A stretch of 64,000 bases of DNA from the NCBI GenBank assembly GCA_951406725.2, contig OX597817.1, positions 29,574,001 to 29,638,000 of the forward strand, given 5' to 3'. The notes below the pieces were generated by a model. It was not told where the DNA came from and did not search any database. It worked only from the letters and a program-made list of their open reading frames with translations. The position numbers were made by a program, and so were the translations under genes. This document shows positions 27,870 through 42,149 of the stretch, piece by piece. Source of the DNA: Octopus vulgaris. Its lineage: Eukaryota. Position 1 is the first letter of the stretch. Every line of letters starts with the position of its first letter.

Positions 27870-28740
27870 TATAAATAAGGTTTATTGTTCCACAACATGT
27901 CCTTATATTTATTCTGGCTTGTAGGCTGAGAAGTTCAACAAGAAACACAAGTTGCTGCTGCTGATGCTTTGTTCTGTTGTACAGAGCAGGCAAAATGTAT
28001 ACAGTGTCCTCGTGTTCATGTGAGTGATAATCAGCTTTGTGAATTTGGAGTGTGCAAAAATCTTTCTCTGGGACACATTCCAAGATTTTGATGGTCATGC
28101 CATCTCTGTAAATTTTATTAATGTGTCCAATATAATGTTCCACCTTTTTTTCCCTTCCAAAATACCAAGAACATAGTCCCAAACACTTGCATTTGAATAG
28201 TCACCACATTCCTGTTTGTGGGTTGTTCACCGTCAGATGTTTCCTATCAACCAGATCTGATGTCCAGGGAAATACAAACCTCTTCAATAGAGACCTCACT
28301 ATCAATAATCTCGATGAACTCTTCAAGCATAATTTTCTTGGTTTCATTTACTCCCTGGATAATGTCTCCTTTATATTCTTGGCCTGTTGTGTAATTTCAA
28401 ATGGTTCAGGAATGTCAGTGAGAACTCCTTTTCTCTCAGATTTTCTCATCTACTTTCTTTCAATTGGGCTAGCTTTGTTGAAAGGACATATATTCTCTGA
28501 TATCAAGTGATCTAAGCCAGGTGATTCTGGTCGACTTGATAATGCAGCACTTGTGGGTCAGAGGGGCAAATACTGTGGGACTGGTTATTTGGTCTTCTGT
28601 TGCAGAAAAACCTCATCACAAAAAAAAAGAAAAAAAGAAAAATGGAGAAAATCCCCATTGGTGATGCTGTTTCTGTCTAGGGAATAAATACCCAAAACCC
28701 TGAAACCTGACTGGATTTTAGTAGGAATCATGCCTCAAGG
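27870..28740 (-). pseudogene. Degenerate pogo/Tigger-like DDE transposase C-terminal fragment
   Basis: Minus strand reads KIQSGFRVLGIYSLDR...DF and ISENICPFNKASPIERK...KGVLTDIPE, resembling pogo-type C-terminal motifs; multiple stops. Confidence 0.5.
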
Positions 28741-29091
28741 AAATTCCTTCTCTTCTAAAAGAGAAATTCCTTATATCCCCTTCTTTCCTTTATCTGTGTG
28801 TTATCAGCAGGGTTGTACTGCTCTCATAAGCCAAACTCATGACTTCTTACTATATTGAAGTGATACTACATTTGCTGGTGAAAGTGCTACTTCATATACC
28901 AGTGTACTTATGACAAAGAGGTTAAGTGGAATATGTTTTACCTCCATACACCAATGCCGTCAATGTATGCGGTTGAAATTGAAACAGTCAAATTATTTAC
29001 TTTCCTAATCTGATTACACAGAAGTGTAAATTCCTAACGATCCAAATATTTATAACAAGTGCAAAGTTTGCCTTGAGATAGGAAAAATATA

Positions 29092-29325
29092 TATTTCTTT
29101 ACTGCCCACAAGGGGCTAAACATAGAGGGGACAAACAAGGACAGACAAAGGATTAAGTCGATTATATCGACCCCAGTGCGTAACTGGTACTTAATTTATC
29201 GACCCCGAAAGGATGAAAGGCAAAGTCGACCTCGGCGGAATTTGATCTCAGAACGTAACGACAGACGACACACCGCTAAGCATTTCGCCCGGCGTGCTAA
29301 AGTTTCTGCCAGCGCGCCGCTGTAT
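29092..29325 (-). mobile_element. SINE family B, full length, 16-bp TSD
   Basis: TSD agataggaaaaatata at 29076-29091 and 29326-29341. Confidence 0.9.
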
Positions 29326-31479
29326 AGATAGGAAAAATATAGACACTTGTTCATATTCTTGAAAACCTTTTATATCAACTTGATACAAATATATCTAAGT
29401 CTGACATCAATGAAACTTAGATACTGTAACAGATAGGGGAAAGGAACTTGAAAATCCATAATTAAATCCTGGCCTATTCTTCAAATTTATTTGATGCTAT
29501 TAAACAAATTCCTATTCTTTGAGTTAAAAATATTCAGATTCTATTATGTTTAAAGCCTGTAATATCATTAATTCTTCACAAAGCAAATGAACTTTTGAAT
29601 ACCAATACATGCATTCAGATTAATAAGATTCCATGGCAACCGATAAAAAAAAACTGAGACAATTAAGGATACTTGTCAGAAGGTATTTAATGAAGGGATT
29701 CTTATTTGCTTTCTTCTGGATTCCATGAGGGCTTGATCTAAGCATCGTATGCTAACAAATTTCTCTCAAATTATACATCTTGCCGGAGTAATTTCTTCAT
29801 GTTCAAAGCATCTAATTACCACAAAGTGAAATAGACCAGTATCTTGACCTTGAGTGGTAGCATAGGGTCTATGCTGGGATATGAAATGTTAAAGTAATAA
29901 GTAGCAGCTCAATAGACTAATTCAGATTAGATGTAATTACTCTGAGTGATGTACACCAGAATGTACTCTATTAAGCTTATTTTCGGTTTGAGCACTATTT
30001 AAAACTATTTTTGATATTCCGTTCTCATTCTTCCTCTCTTTCAACTTAAGCATGATGATAATACTAAATAATAAATGCAACAGATTTTTCAAACAAGAAA
30101 AACACAAAGGTTAAAATATTTTGCTTCTTATAGATGACTTGATAGAAAATTGAAATAAAAGAAAGAAAAAAAAAGATTACATTACTTCAATTAAATAAGC
30201 AAAAGAATGAATACATGTTCAACTTCTTTTATTCTCCTTGGGGGCATGTTATTTCTATTTTCAGGTAAAAGAATACATGAGTGCATGTATATATATGCTT
30301 AACAATTATATATAATTTAGCTTTTACAGAAAATAAAGATATTGTTGATCAGGAAGATAGCAATGGGGGGAAGGGAAATGAAGTAAAAGGAAATGTTAGA
30401 AAGAACAATCAAATTCTATTTATATTAGATTCAACTTTTTTCCATGCCTTTTTTTTGTATTATTTGTGTGTATGGAACATTTGTTCATATCTTATTTTTG
30501 CATTATATGCATTATGGCTGTATATTTAAGAAGCTTGTTTTGTAATCATGAGCTCTCTAGTTCAATCTCAACATATGGCATAATGCGGAAGTAATTTTTA
30601 ATCATAGCCTCAAATTTAACCATGATTTTTGAGTGAAATGTAGTTGACAGAAACTGAGGTAGAGATGCCAGTTGTTTGAAATGTATGTGTAATTTAAAGG
30701 GCCAGTATTGTTACAAACGATGTCATACTGTATCACACTGTGTCACATTGTGTCATGCTATGTCACATTGACTCTGGCAGATTGCTAGAAAACTAAGACA
30801 TCTGCTTCGGTACAAATATGCAATGTGTTTAGCTATGTCTGATTTTAGACCAAACATTATGCAGATTTGTCTATACGTATGCACAGTATGTGGAGAGATA
30901 TTCCCTCATAAACAAAAGTAGCAGGGGTGCACATAAATCTACAGGGTTTAAACAAATGACAAAAATAAACGAGAATCTTTTGCATCCAACGCACTTTCAA
31001 AGGAAAAGACACTTTGCTAGAAAACACTTCTAGTGTGAACAGTTCTAACGTTACTTCTGGAAACAGCATGAACACGCACACACATTTTGCCAAATGGAAA
31101 TAATCCTGCATTCTTTAATGTCGGAGACATTTAAGGGTTTCTGCGATGAAGAGTTAAAGGTGCAGAAATGGAAAAGAACAACATAGACAGCAGCAGCAGC
31201 AAACCCAGGCACAGGGGTTGCTGTTCTTCAGAGCACCAGCAATTGTAACTCTAGGAAAGTCAGAAGAGGTTGTCCTCTATCCAAGAGCCACCAACGAAAT
31301 ACAAGCCAGCCAGATGCCGAAAATCGTCTCCGTAGACCATAACCAGCAGCACCAGCCGATCGTTTTGCAACAATGAGAACGCACGTGGAACATGAGCAGA
31401 GATTTCCGACAAAAAGAGGCAGAAGAAACTAAACGCTCACAACTATACAGATAACAGTATAGAAATGGAAGAACAAACC

Positions 31480-33180
31480 TGTATTTATGGGGATAAGATA
31501 GAGTTTATACCAGCATTGAAACACATTACAATTTTTCAGAAACCCTGAATACGGCTGCTGTGATATCAATCGCAACATAACTCTCGAATATATGGGATAT
31601 AGCTAAAGAATGGGATGAAATAAATTTGGAATATGAAGCGTACAAAAAGACAAAACGAAAAGAAAAAGAGATGTGGAATAAATAAATAAAAGAAGCATAC
31701 TGAAAGATGCTTAAGAACGAAACTCTCTCTCTCTCACACACACATATTCCAAATTCTATACCTGGCATAATAGATCTTATTAAAGATACTGAAGAATTCT
31801 GTTGGAAATTTCGACTATAGTAATTTTCCCAAAAGGTTTTCAAAAAATTCATAACAGATAAAAATCAAAAAAGGTTTTAACCCCACCCCCATGAACTAGA
31901 ATAAACATTTAGAGGAATTTTTAGCGTTCAGAAAAAGTGAGAGAGCTCAAACATTTTAGTAAATCGTATAAAGTCAAATATTACAAAGGAAGTGCAAAAA
32001 GCAGTGGAATGTCATCAGATTTCTCTATCGTAGTTTAAGAAGCTGACACAGAAGGAGCCATTGTAATAATGGACACGACCCCATGATAGGCTTACGATCT
32101 TAGAGCAAAGAAATGACCAACAATCCAAAGTGTATTAGGAACAAACACAAATTAATAAGCAATAGAAAAAGCAGGAAAATTAACAATTTCAAAAGAAATG
32201 TAATGAAAAGAAGCTGAATTATGCAACAAAGTTTGATGTAAAATCAAACAACTTTTATGGACAATCGAAAATTCATAACTGTAAAGAAATTCGTTAAAAC
32301 CTAAATATCTCTATACATCGTATGTAAAACGTCCTAAGCCATGTAATTTAAACTTACGCTCAATTGTTGCAAGATCAACTTAAGGTACCCAGTGGTTAAG
32401 CAATTTACTGGGAATCATATTAAAAACCATTATGCAGATTGGTTCCTAATTTCATAAGATATGGAAGCACTCCGTCGGTTACGACGACGAGGGTTCCGGT
32501 TGATCCGATCAACGGAACAGCCTGCTCGTGAAATTAACGTGTAAGTGGCTGAGCACTCCACAGACACGTGTACCCTTAACGCAGTTCTCGGGGATATTCA
32601 GCGTGACACAGAGAGTGACAAGGCCGGCCCTTTGAAATACAGGTACAACAGAAACAGGAAGTAAGAGTGAGAGAAAGTTGTGGTGAAAGAGTACAGCAGG
32701 GATCACCACCACCCCCTGCCGGAGCCTCGTGGAGCTTTAGGTGTTTTCGCTCAATAAACACTCACAACGCCCGGTCTGGGAATCGAAACCGCGATCCTAC
32801 GACCGCGAGTCTGCTGCCCTAACCACTGGGCCATTGCGCCTCCACAGTTAGCATAGTAACGATCTCAGTTTCGACGTGACTATCCTCTGCACTTGAAGAA
32901 ATTGAAATTTGAGGCGGTAGAATTGTGGTTCATGTAAATGTCCGCACATAATTCAGAGGCCATCTTCGAAAGAATTCATGCTAGAAGGGTTACGTTCGGT
33001 GCTAGAAAACAGCTACTTCTTTGACAATCAATATTACACTCCATCGAAAGGAGTAGATGGCAATGGCCCCAAAAGTCGAACCCACTTTTGCAACACCAGG
33101 ATGAGTTTGGGATTACTAGCTGGGATTACGTTTGATCAGGGATTCATAACATATTAAAACAAAATTGGAAAAAAAAATTC
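31480..33180 (+). pseudogene. Highly degenerate Penelope-like RT fragment, interrupted by a SINE
   Basis: Remnant motifs KADTEGAIVIMD (KADKG-like), FYGQSKIH, LRSIVA, SFDVT and FDNQYY...AMAPKVEPTFA. Confidence 0.65.
32463..32844 (-). mobile_element. SINE family D, tRNA-derived
   Basis: Head ggaggcgcaatggcccagtggttaggg...ggtttcgattccc; related copies at 45345-45625 (-) and 55780-56025 (+). Confidence 0.8.
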
Positions 33181-33189
33181 CTTCATATC

Positions 33190-33607
33190 TTTACTCTCTT
33201 TACTCTTTTACTTGTTTCAGTCGTTCGACTGCGGCCATGCTGGAGCACCGCCTTTTAGTCGAGCAAATCGACCCCGGGACTTATTCTTTGTAAGCCCAGT
33301 ACTTATTCTATCGGTCTCTTTTGCCGAGCCGCTAAGTGACGGGGACATAAACACACCAGCATCGGTTGTCAAGCAATGCTAGGGGGACAAACACAGACAC
33401 ACAAACACACACACACATACATATATATATACATACATATACACGACAGGCTTCTTTCAGTTTCCGTCTATCAAAATCCACTCACAAGGCATTGGTCGGC
33501 CCGGGGCTATAGCAGAAGACACTTGCCCAAGATGCCACGCAGTGGGACTGAACCCGGAACCATGTGGCTGGTTAGCAAGCTACTTACCACACAGCCACTC
33601 CTGCGCC
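33190..33607 (-). mobile_element. SINE family A, full length
   Basis: Match to family A. Confidence 0.85.
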
Positions 33608-34955
33608 ATTTTTCAGAAAAAACAAAATTTCAAGATTAAAAAACTAACCAATAGTTTTAATTAATTTGTCAAGTCCACAATGAAAAGGAATAAAAGGAAT
33701 GCTACCACAAGTTTTGCATGAGTACATCATTCGCTAAATATGACAGTCCTAAGCTCGGAGTAGCGAGTGATTAAAATAATGCTGGAAAGAAGAGTTATTC
33801 CACTCTTTCAGACCATATTGAATACAATTTGTGTTAGCGTGTTACCGTGTTTCTCACACGAACCCGTACACATTACATAGCTGAAATTATGTGATAATTT
33901 TGGTGAAGATTTAATTGAAGCTGGAATCTAAGAAAGTGTAAAACCATATATGAAAAATTGAAATGAATTAAGCTTAAGGAAATGATTTTTAATTATATGA
34001 CTAAAATTAATATATTTGCATATAAAATTGGAAAGGTGTGGAACAAAATAAGACACGAGTGAATAAAGTAATACAAACTGTTCCAGTTAATAGAAAATTT
34101 ATTTTTGTACATAAAACATTTTCAATGTAAAGAGCAATACGTTTTGAAAAATTCAATATAGAAGTAGTCCTTCAATACAAAAGAGGAACAAATCATGTAC
34201 ATTAACTTGAGAAAAATTTGTTTAGAAGTTATTACAATATCAGGAATTACTTTTGTTAATATCGTTTATAGTTTAATTGTTTGAAACAATAGACGATAAC
34301 AAGATAAGGGTAAAATTACATATTAACAGTTTGGAAAATGAAAACATTTAAAAAACAATAAATAATGGGATAATTTCCATAGAATAGTGTCTCATAATTT
34401 TCGAATCTTAATATCTTAGATTTATCTCATTATAAGTGTATAAAACCCATACACAATCAAATATCAATACATCTAACAATTGTTTAACAGCTGACATATT
34501 TAAATGTGTGAAGTTTAAATTTTATTGCAGGAAAACAATATAAAACACTCAGAATATATCAGTAAATAATATAAAAACATGTGATTAAATTGATATAAAA
34601 TCTGAATTGAGAAATACATTAAACCATAAGTTACTATAAAATATATGTTCCTGCAATTAATGGGGAAGTAAGCATCGATTAGATATTTTCTTATAATTCC
34701 TATACTTTTATTCTATCTATCCCGTCCACCTCTACCATCTTCTTCACCCTCCCCTTTATAGAAATCAGCAAATAATAATTTTACGTAGCTCTGTAAGGCG
34801 TCCTCCACAAAACTTTGAAGTTGGTGTTTCACTTTTACCAAATGAATTATTCATTCATTCCTGTCTAATGTATCAAGTCCTTTGTTCTGATTATGATGTA
34901 TGTCTATATATATATATGTGTGTGTGTGTATATATACATACATACACACACACAC

Positions 34956-35017
<62 letters not shown>

Positions 35018-35231
35018 CGTAGGATAAAATTTTTTTCGGGAAAAAAAAATTTATCAATGGCCAGCATATCAAAAAATACCTTTAAAGGTTAAATTTATAA
35101 ATAATTTACAAGATAAGGGCAGAAGGAAAATTCTAATGCCAAATATGCCGAAACAAAAAAATTGTCGATAACCATTATAATTTATGCGTCTCGAAACAAA
35201 CCGATAGAGATCTTTAAAAAAATCGTTATTA

Positions 35232-35288
35232 CCGTATTGGTCCAATTTCGGGATTAATTCATAAGAAAATTTTTCCCCTCTTCAGCGG
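35232..35288 (-). ncRNA. Type I hammerhead ribozyme candidate
   Basis: Minus strand ccg-CTGAAGA-ggg...ccc-GAAA-ttggaccaa-TA-cgg: intact core, stems I, II and III pair. Confidence 0.7.
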
Positions 35289-35408
35289 AAAATACGCGAG
35301 ATATAAGTGAAATACTTACTCATACCCATGGAAAAAGCAAGCACCAAGTCCTGAGCAGACCTAAGTATCCCAAATATATCCAAAATAGAAAAATATACAT
35401 ACATATAC

Positions 35409-35452
<44 letters not shown>

Positions 35453-35468
35453 ATATAACAGAAACTGA

Positions 35469-35497
<29 letters not shown>

Positions 35498-35506
<9 letters not shown>

Positions 35507-35993
35507 TATATTAAATTAGAGACAAAACCACTATTGGGCAAATCATACAATGAAAAACTTAAGCCAATACATAAGATTATTTAATTTATATTATTTAAAT
35601 ATATAACAAAATTATTAAAAAAATATAATTAATATATCACTACGATCGTTTCATGGCTGTTAATTTCTTTAAATTTTCAAGTTACAGTCATTCATCATTA
35701 TCGCCAAGATAAATATTTAAACCACCTGATGAATGACTGTAACTTGAAAATTTAAAGAAATTAACAGACATGAAACGATCGTAGTGATACATTAATTATA
35801 TTTTTTAAAATTATTTTGTTATATATTTAAATAATATAAATTAAATAATCTTATGTATTGGCTTAAGTTTTTCATTGTATGATTTGCCTAATAGTGGTTT
35901 TGTCTCTAATTTAATATAATATAATATTTTACTATAAAATTGGATTCAATCCTAAATCTGATTTTTCCCTGTAAGTTTGGATTTATTCCCTAA

Positions 35994-35997
<4 letters not shown>
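35498..35997. mobile_element. Fold-back mini-element (about 200-bp arms, 29-nt spacer) between (TA)n tracts, PLE-tail-like
   Basis: 35498-35697 is the reverse complement of 35727-35926 with few mismatches. Confidence 0.8.
35723..35786 (+). ncRNA. Minimal type I hammerhead ribozyme candidate
   Basis: cac-CTGATGA-atg...cat-GAAA-cgatcg-TA-gtg: canonical core with palindromic stem III. Confidence 0.75.
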
Positions 35998-36038
<41 letters not shown>

Positions 36039-36654
36039 CATTAAAAGTCAGTTTGAATCTTGCTTGCTTGCTTGCTTGCAATGTTACCCAGCACATAATA
36101 GGAAAATACTATGAATTAGATTTACCGTGAAATGTTGATACGAACGCAATAAAACAAGTTTGGCGTAAATCGAACAAGTGGTTTTAAAGATAGAGGTTTT
36201 CAGGTATAAATACCTAAAACGGTGCATAATGGGAAAATATTCCGAAAATAATCTTCATCTTGAAAAGGAAGAAACTCTTATCTTTCTAAAGAATAAAATA
36301 TTTTGAATGACACAACAATGCACTATAATAACTGTTGTAATTTAATCCTCCATAGTCTGATATGATATTTCGGAATAAAATTCTTTCTTCAAATATCCAT
36401 AGGAATTGATGGAGTCGCTGCTACAATCGGTTTTCCAATGGCTTTTATTATTTTGTTTTTCGGGAGCGTTTCAGCAGTGGTCTCACGATGCTCCTTCCGG
36501 AATTCCTCATGAGAAGTGCGTGAGGTCGGCTATGTCTCAATCTCGTGTGTGCTGCCACATCCTTAGTGCTACTTCTAAGTTATGTGATATACGTGCAACT
36601 TCCTCTTTTCCTTATTTTTTCCACTTTTTTGTTATAAACATTACATGAGCATGT

Positions 36655-37349
36655 TTGTTCAGTACACTTCAGCACTTCCACTCGGTGCCAAAATAGGAAA
36701 CGCCAGAAATGAACGCATCCAGGGCAAGTGCAGCAGGACAGAGGACAAGGTGACCCACACTACACGCTTCCTAGATATATTGAAATGGGTACCCTTTGAT
36801 CCATTGTAAATCGGCTTAAGTACCCAATACGACCAACACGCCGAACATAGAAAACCCAGCAAAACATGCTTCCTTAAAATACCCCATTTTAGCAAGAGGG
36901 TAACTACAGCCATCCAAAGAATCATAAGAAGAGAAGGGCTAGACATACAACTAGCCCACTCCGGCCCCTCTCTGAGAAGACACCACGCAAAGAGACGAAT
37001 AAAGAACAACAATCTATGTACACTAACAAACTGTCCCATCCGTTACACAGATTTGTGCCAACGGGTAAATGTTGTGTATAGAATACAACGTAACAAATGC
37101 AAGAAGTTCTATATGGGTAGCACAATAAGACCGTTACATGTTCGCATCAAAGAACACCTGAACACGAGAGCCTCCTCCATTAGAAAACATCTAGACAGAT
37201 GCCGGAATACCTACAAAAGCATAACAATCACAATTGAGGCCAATGAAAGAAATTTTGGTAACTTAAGAATTAAGGAAGCTATACTCGTACACAAACTAGG
37301 GCTCCAAATTAACAACAGGTTGGAGGTTGGTAATCAATATATTATTTAG
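36655..37349 (+). pseudogene. 5'-truncated Penelope-like element with GIY-YIG endonuclease
   Basis: NVVYRIQRNKCKKFYMGSTIRPLHVRIKEH...KEAILVHKLGLQINNR; the upstream region is frameshifted. Confidence 0.8.
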
Positions 37350-37393
37350 CTACATCTGGATGCATGTAAGTTCTTTGTTGATAAGATGCTCAT

Positions 37394-37548
37394 GTATTTA
37401 CATTATTTACATTATTTACATTCGACGGATATTAGTCCTCATCTTGTTTGTCGTTAACACAATGTTTCGGCTGATATACGCTCCAGCCTTTTTCAGGTGC
37501 CTTGGGGAAATTTCGAACCTGGATTCTCATTCCTAAGGTATTTTTCGA

Positions 37549-37624
<76 letters not shown>

Positions 37625-37704
37625 GTTGTTGTTGTTGTTGTTCAGGTCACTGCTTGGAATTGAACTCGGAATCTTGGGGTTGGTAGCCCGCGCTCTTAAC
37701 CACT
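37394..37704 (-). mobile_element. tRNA-headed SINE-like element with (AAC/AAT)n, an HHR-like motif and a (tgtaaataa)n tail
   Basis: Minus strand gtggttaagagcgcggg...gagttcaattcc head, then cac-CTGAAAA-ggctg...cagcc-GAAA-catt-gtg, then three 9-nt tail repeats. Confidence 0.6.
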
Positions 37705-38261
37705 CTCCAAAAAATTTTCGGGCCTTGTGCCAAGAGTAGAAAAGAATAATTGTTATAATATTATTTAAGATTAAAATAAACAGATTCTTCTCTCCATATA
37801 TATTACATACAAGCAGTTCTTACATCAATACCACCATCCAAACTGATTAACTTAACTCACTGACACCTTTACTCTCAACATTAATACATATAATAACAAT
37901 CACGCTAGATACATTTCTGTATGTAACGCGATTGTTGCATTGATCTCCATAGTAATTACAGGCAATATATTAATTGAAGTGGTAGTAATGACAAGGGTAG
38001 TTGTAGAGGTGAACGAAAGATCGTTGAAATTGGGGTGAATAGGTGTTTGGGTAATGGCGGTAGGAAGGACGAGTGTAGCAGCGTTGTTACGATAAGGGGC
38101 ATGAACGATATTGGTGATGGTGATGGTGGTAGTGTTAGTTTTGCAAGAGATGAAGATAAATGCACATGTGATGAAACAAACTGCAACATCTGTTGGCGTT
38201 CCCATTGAGCTTTAGACATTATATATATATATATATATATGTATGTATATATATATGTATA

Positions 38262-38400
<139 letters not shown>

Positions 38401-39536
38401 TAGATAGATACATATGTATGTATGTATGAAACGTAATATTTTCATGAACGTCATAGTACTTATGCTACGCTTTGAGGCATATTACTTTCGTGTTGGAGCC
38501 TAGCTTTTGTTTAATTTCCTCTTCTTTTTTTTATATTTGATTACAATTAATATTTTTAAAAGCAATTCAACAAAGCTATTTTTCATATAATGGTACGTTG
38601 TTCCATCAATCCTCTCAAGTCTTGAAAAATTAGTAGCATTTATTCATTTATGTGTGCAGTTTTACCCCAACCTCTCAGTGTATTATTATGCTAAGCGTAT
38701 TTTATTTTTTTCAAAAAAAAAAGCTATCTTCAGATCTTAGTGACTCTTGAGTTATTGTTTCCACTTTCACTTTGTGAGCCAGCAGCTACTTTTATTATGT
38801 TTGGCGGCCAACAAAAATATTGTTTTTTCATGCCAAGAAAAAAATCGAAGCCATTCAATTGTTACAATTGAAGAACTATTCAATAATTACTTAAAAGTAT
38901 TTGCGAGGAGATGGCGCAATATCAGAGATATGAGCATAAAGGTTGTTCCCCACTTGAAAAAAAATTTCGTTGCTATTCATGAACAATACGTTCTGTAATT
39001 GTTTGTTACTTGATTTCCTTGGTTTGCTGTTTCAAAGTATAGCATTACTTTGATTTTCTATAAAATGACTGTTGTCAAGCATTGGCCCAAAATACTTTCT
39101 ATATGTTTAAAATTATTGTTACGACAATATTGTTTTCGTTTGTTTAAAATCATTATTGCTGTAAAGATATTGTCTTCATTTGTTTAAAATTATTATTGTT
39201 ACAATATTATTATGAATGATGTCATTCAGTAATTGAATAATTTAGATTGTTTTACTTCATGGTGGGGTCTCATACTCTCCTATCTTAAACAATAACACAG
39301 CTTTGAAAAGAAACAATTCCGAATGATCTAATACAATCACTCCATCCCCAAAACCAGAAACTCTTTATTGTAACCAAAAGTATCTCCTTTGGTAACATGC
39401 TATTTTATTTCTATTTCTCCATCTTTACAACCACCCCACCCCACACAAATACACACACACAGATACATATATACATATATATACATATATATATATATGA
39501 GGGATTTTTGACATTATATAATACATACACACATGA

Positions 39537-39595
<59 letters not shown>

Positions 39596-39688
39596 CATAT
39601 ATGTTCCAAAAGACTGAAGGAATCGGGCTCCCATTAGGAGCCTGCGAAATTTGCAGTAGCACGGAATCGAATCAAGTTGTTTTAAATA

Positions 39689-39722
<34 letters not shown>

Positions 39723-41179
39723 TTGTGTGTGTGTGTGTGCGTGCGTGTGCGCGCGCGCGTGTGTATGTGTGTGTGTGCACGTGTGTATAAAGTCGAAAAC
39801 TACTCACTGGCCCGCCAAAAACCTTTGGCAGCTTGAAGTTTTGCTTTGAACGTCAGAAATTTAAAAATTGAAATTAATATTGTTTTAAGAAAAATGAAAT
39901 AGAAAGCATAAACAATGATTTAGGAATCTCAATCTAATATTTTATTTACATAGTTAAAGAACGTGAAAATATTACTATAGCTGTATTAGGTTTTGAAATT
40001 AATAATGCACTGTTTCACTTTTGCACGTTTAAAATGAAGTTATTTCAATTTATTTAGGACGAAAATGCAATTATAAGTGTAGATAAGAATATACTTACTC
40101 ATTACAAATGAATGTAGAATATATTTATATATGATTATTAGCGACAGAGGCAGTACCTATAACAAAAGGCAATCTTTATACCCAGTTTAATGTAGCTATA
40201 TCGTTAGAACATATTATTTACCTTCAGAGGATCTCCCATATGGATGTTTGGTACATAGAATCACACTATTTAAAGGTAAATAACGCAGTATTCAATGCTT
40301 TAACAATACATTCATGTTACGCTGGATATAATGATTGCCTCTTGGTATTAGTATTGCGGTGAAATTTGACTGGCATGCGGCTACTGGACGTCTACCACTG
40401 AAGAGACGGGGCATGTAGAAATTATGTGATCTGTCAGTTCCGGCGCCCATAGCAGATGATTCTCATCTGCCAGCGATATACATAAGTGTAATTTATGCAC
40501 CATGCGTCCATCTGAGGGGTCCCCTCAAAGTAAATAATGCTGTATTCGGCGCTCTGACGATACATTACCTTAAGCTGGATATAAAGATATTTATATATAT
40601 CAAAATTAGTACTTTTCATATATGTAATTGTACATACACTAACAAATAAAGGAATAAATAAAACCCCAAAACCTCATAGGAAGCAACTAAACATCCCCTA
40701 ACAACAATCCGTTTTTAATTTTGTAAAAAGTTTCTGTTTTTCAGATGCAATATTTATCAAGTTCAAGGCAGGATAATAGAAACTTCATTGGAAAAAATGA
40801 CGTAATATTAAAGTGCAAAGGGGCTTTCATAAATCTATGTTCTAATAGTGCTAAATTAACTGATATTTCAATTTAACAATGTGAATTGCAATATATAAAT
40901 ATTAATACTACTTACATGAATCTCTTTATTAGTATACATATATTCAATTTATCCTATTTATCTAAATTTTAGAGTGTAGACGACTATGAATATGTCCTGT
41001 AGAGTTAATTTGTACTCATTGTTACACATAAGTTTCAATTATATAAAATTATATAGAAAATTTATATGAAAATTATGGACTTGAAATTATAATATACTTA
41101 ATAGTGTGTATAACCTTTATATTGTATATACAAAGTAAGGACGGCTTTGGCTGTAACATTTTGTCTCATAAACTATATT

Positions 41180-41498
41180 ATATTTTGTCTCAGAAACCAT
41201 ATTAAAGACATTTTGTGTTCAAAACATACTATTCCCTCAGAATGATGTCAGCGAATAGGCCACTTTAATTTTAGTCTGCTTAGCTTCCGCAAAGAAGCAG
41301 CTAATGTTTTGTTTGATAAATTCCATATTCGAAATAAGGTTACGACTTAAATCGGAATTTCTAAGTCTGTGCGTCACTGAGAAGACAAAACAAGGCCGAA
41401 ACAATGGGCTATAACAATCTGATGACATCATTCTGAGCGAGCTCTGTGTTTTAAGAAATAATGTCTTTTAACACAAGATTATTTTCTGAGACAAATTA
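41180..41498. mobile_element. Old MITE with imperfect inverted arms
   Basis: tttgtctcagaaa...aaagacatt...ctcagaatgatgtca is mirrored by tgacatcattctgag...aatgtcttt...ttctgagacaaa. Confidence 0.55.
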
Positions 41499-42149
41499 TT
41501 GCTGCCAATGCCGTATACGCATCATTATTTCAATCTAATACTATTTCAAGTGCGTGCCTTGATCAATCATTCATTTGATTTATTACAGATTATAAGAAAT
41601 TATTTATCTAATGTTGATTGCATGCTATCAGCATTTAGCAAATGTTCCGTATTCATGGCTTCTATGCTGTACGTCGAGACGAATTTTTTTTTTGGAGCTT
41701 CTTGTATCTGCGCACTATCTGGAGATATTCCTCCTTCTGGATCTGGTTCATTCTGTTCTTACAATTTAGAGTCTATATCTGTGTAAAAGCTTAACGTATT
41801 TGCGATTCTATCATCCTTCATCACTGCGTCTATTTCAACTTTTCTATCATTTACTAACTAATTCTCAAACTCTTCTTTTTATGTAACGTCTGAGCTTCTT
41901 CGGGGAATTTAATATTTTGTTTGATGCTTTTCTTTTCAAACACATCTGCTACTTTTTATCTTTTATTTTACACAGCAGCGAATGGCTGTGTGATCTATTA
42001 GATGAACAGCTGTGTAAATTTTAGATGAATTGAGTCAGCAGGTTTGTGCTGACTCAATTTAGACAAATTATCCCAACATAACAATATTTAAAAGTTTTCT
42101 TGTAATGAAAAATACAGAAGAAAATACATTAGAACTGTTCTTATTTGTA

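Noticed and set aside
32770-32844. tRNA gene (also the heads at 1406, 19832 and 37640-37704)
   Set aside because: The tRNA-like sequence continues into repeated SINE bodies, so these are SINE heads.
40395-40435. CTGAAGA...GAAA HHR-like spacing (also 60066-60090)
   Set aside because: Stems I and II do not pair convincingly.
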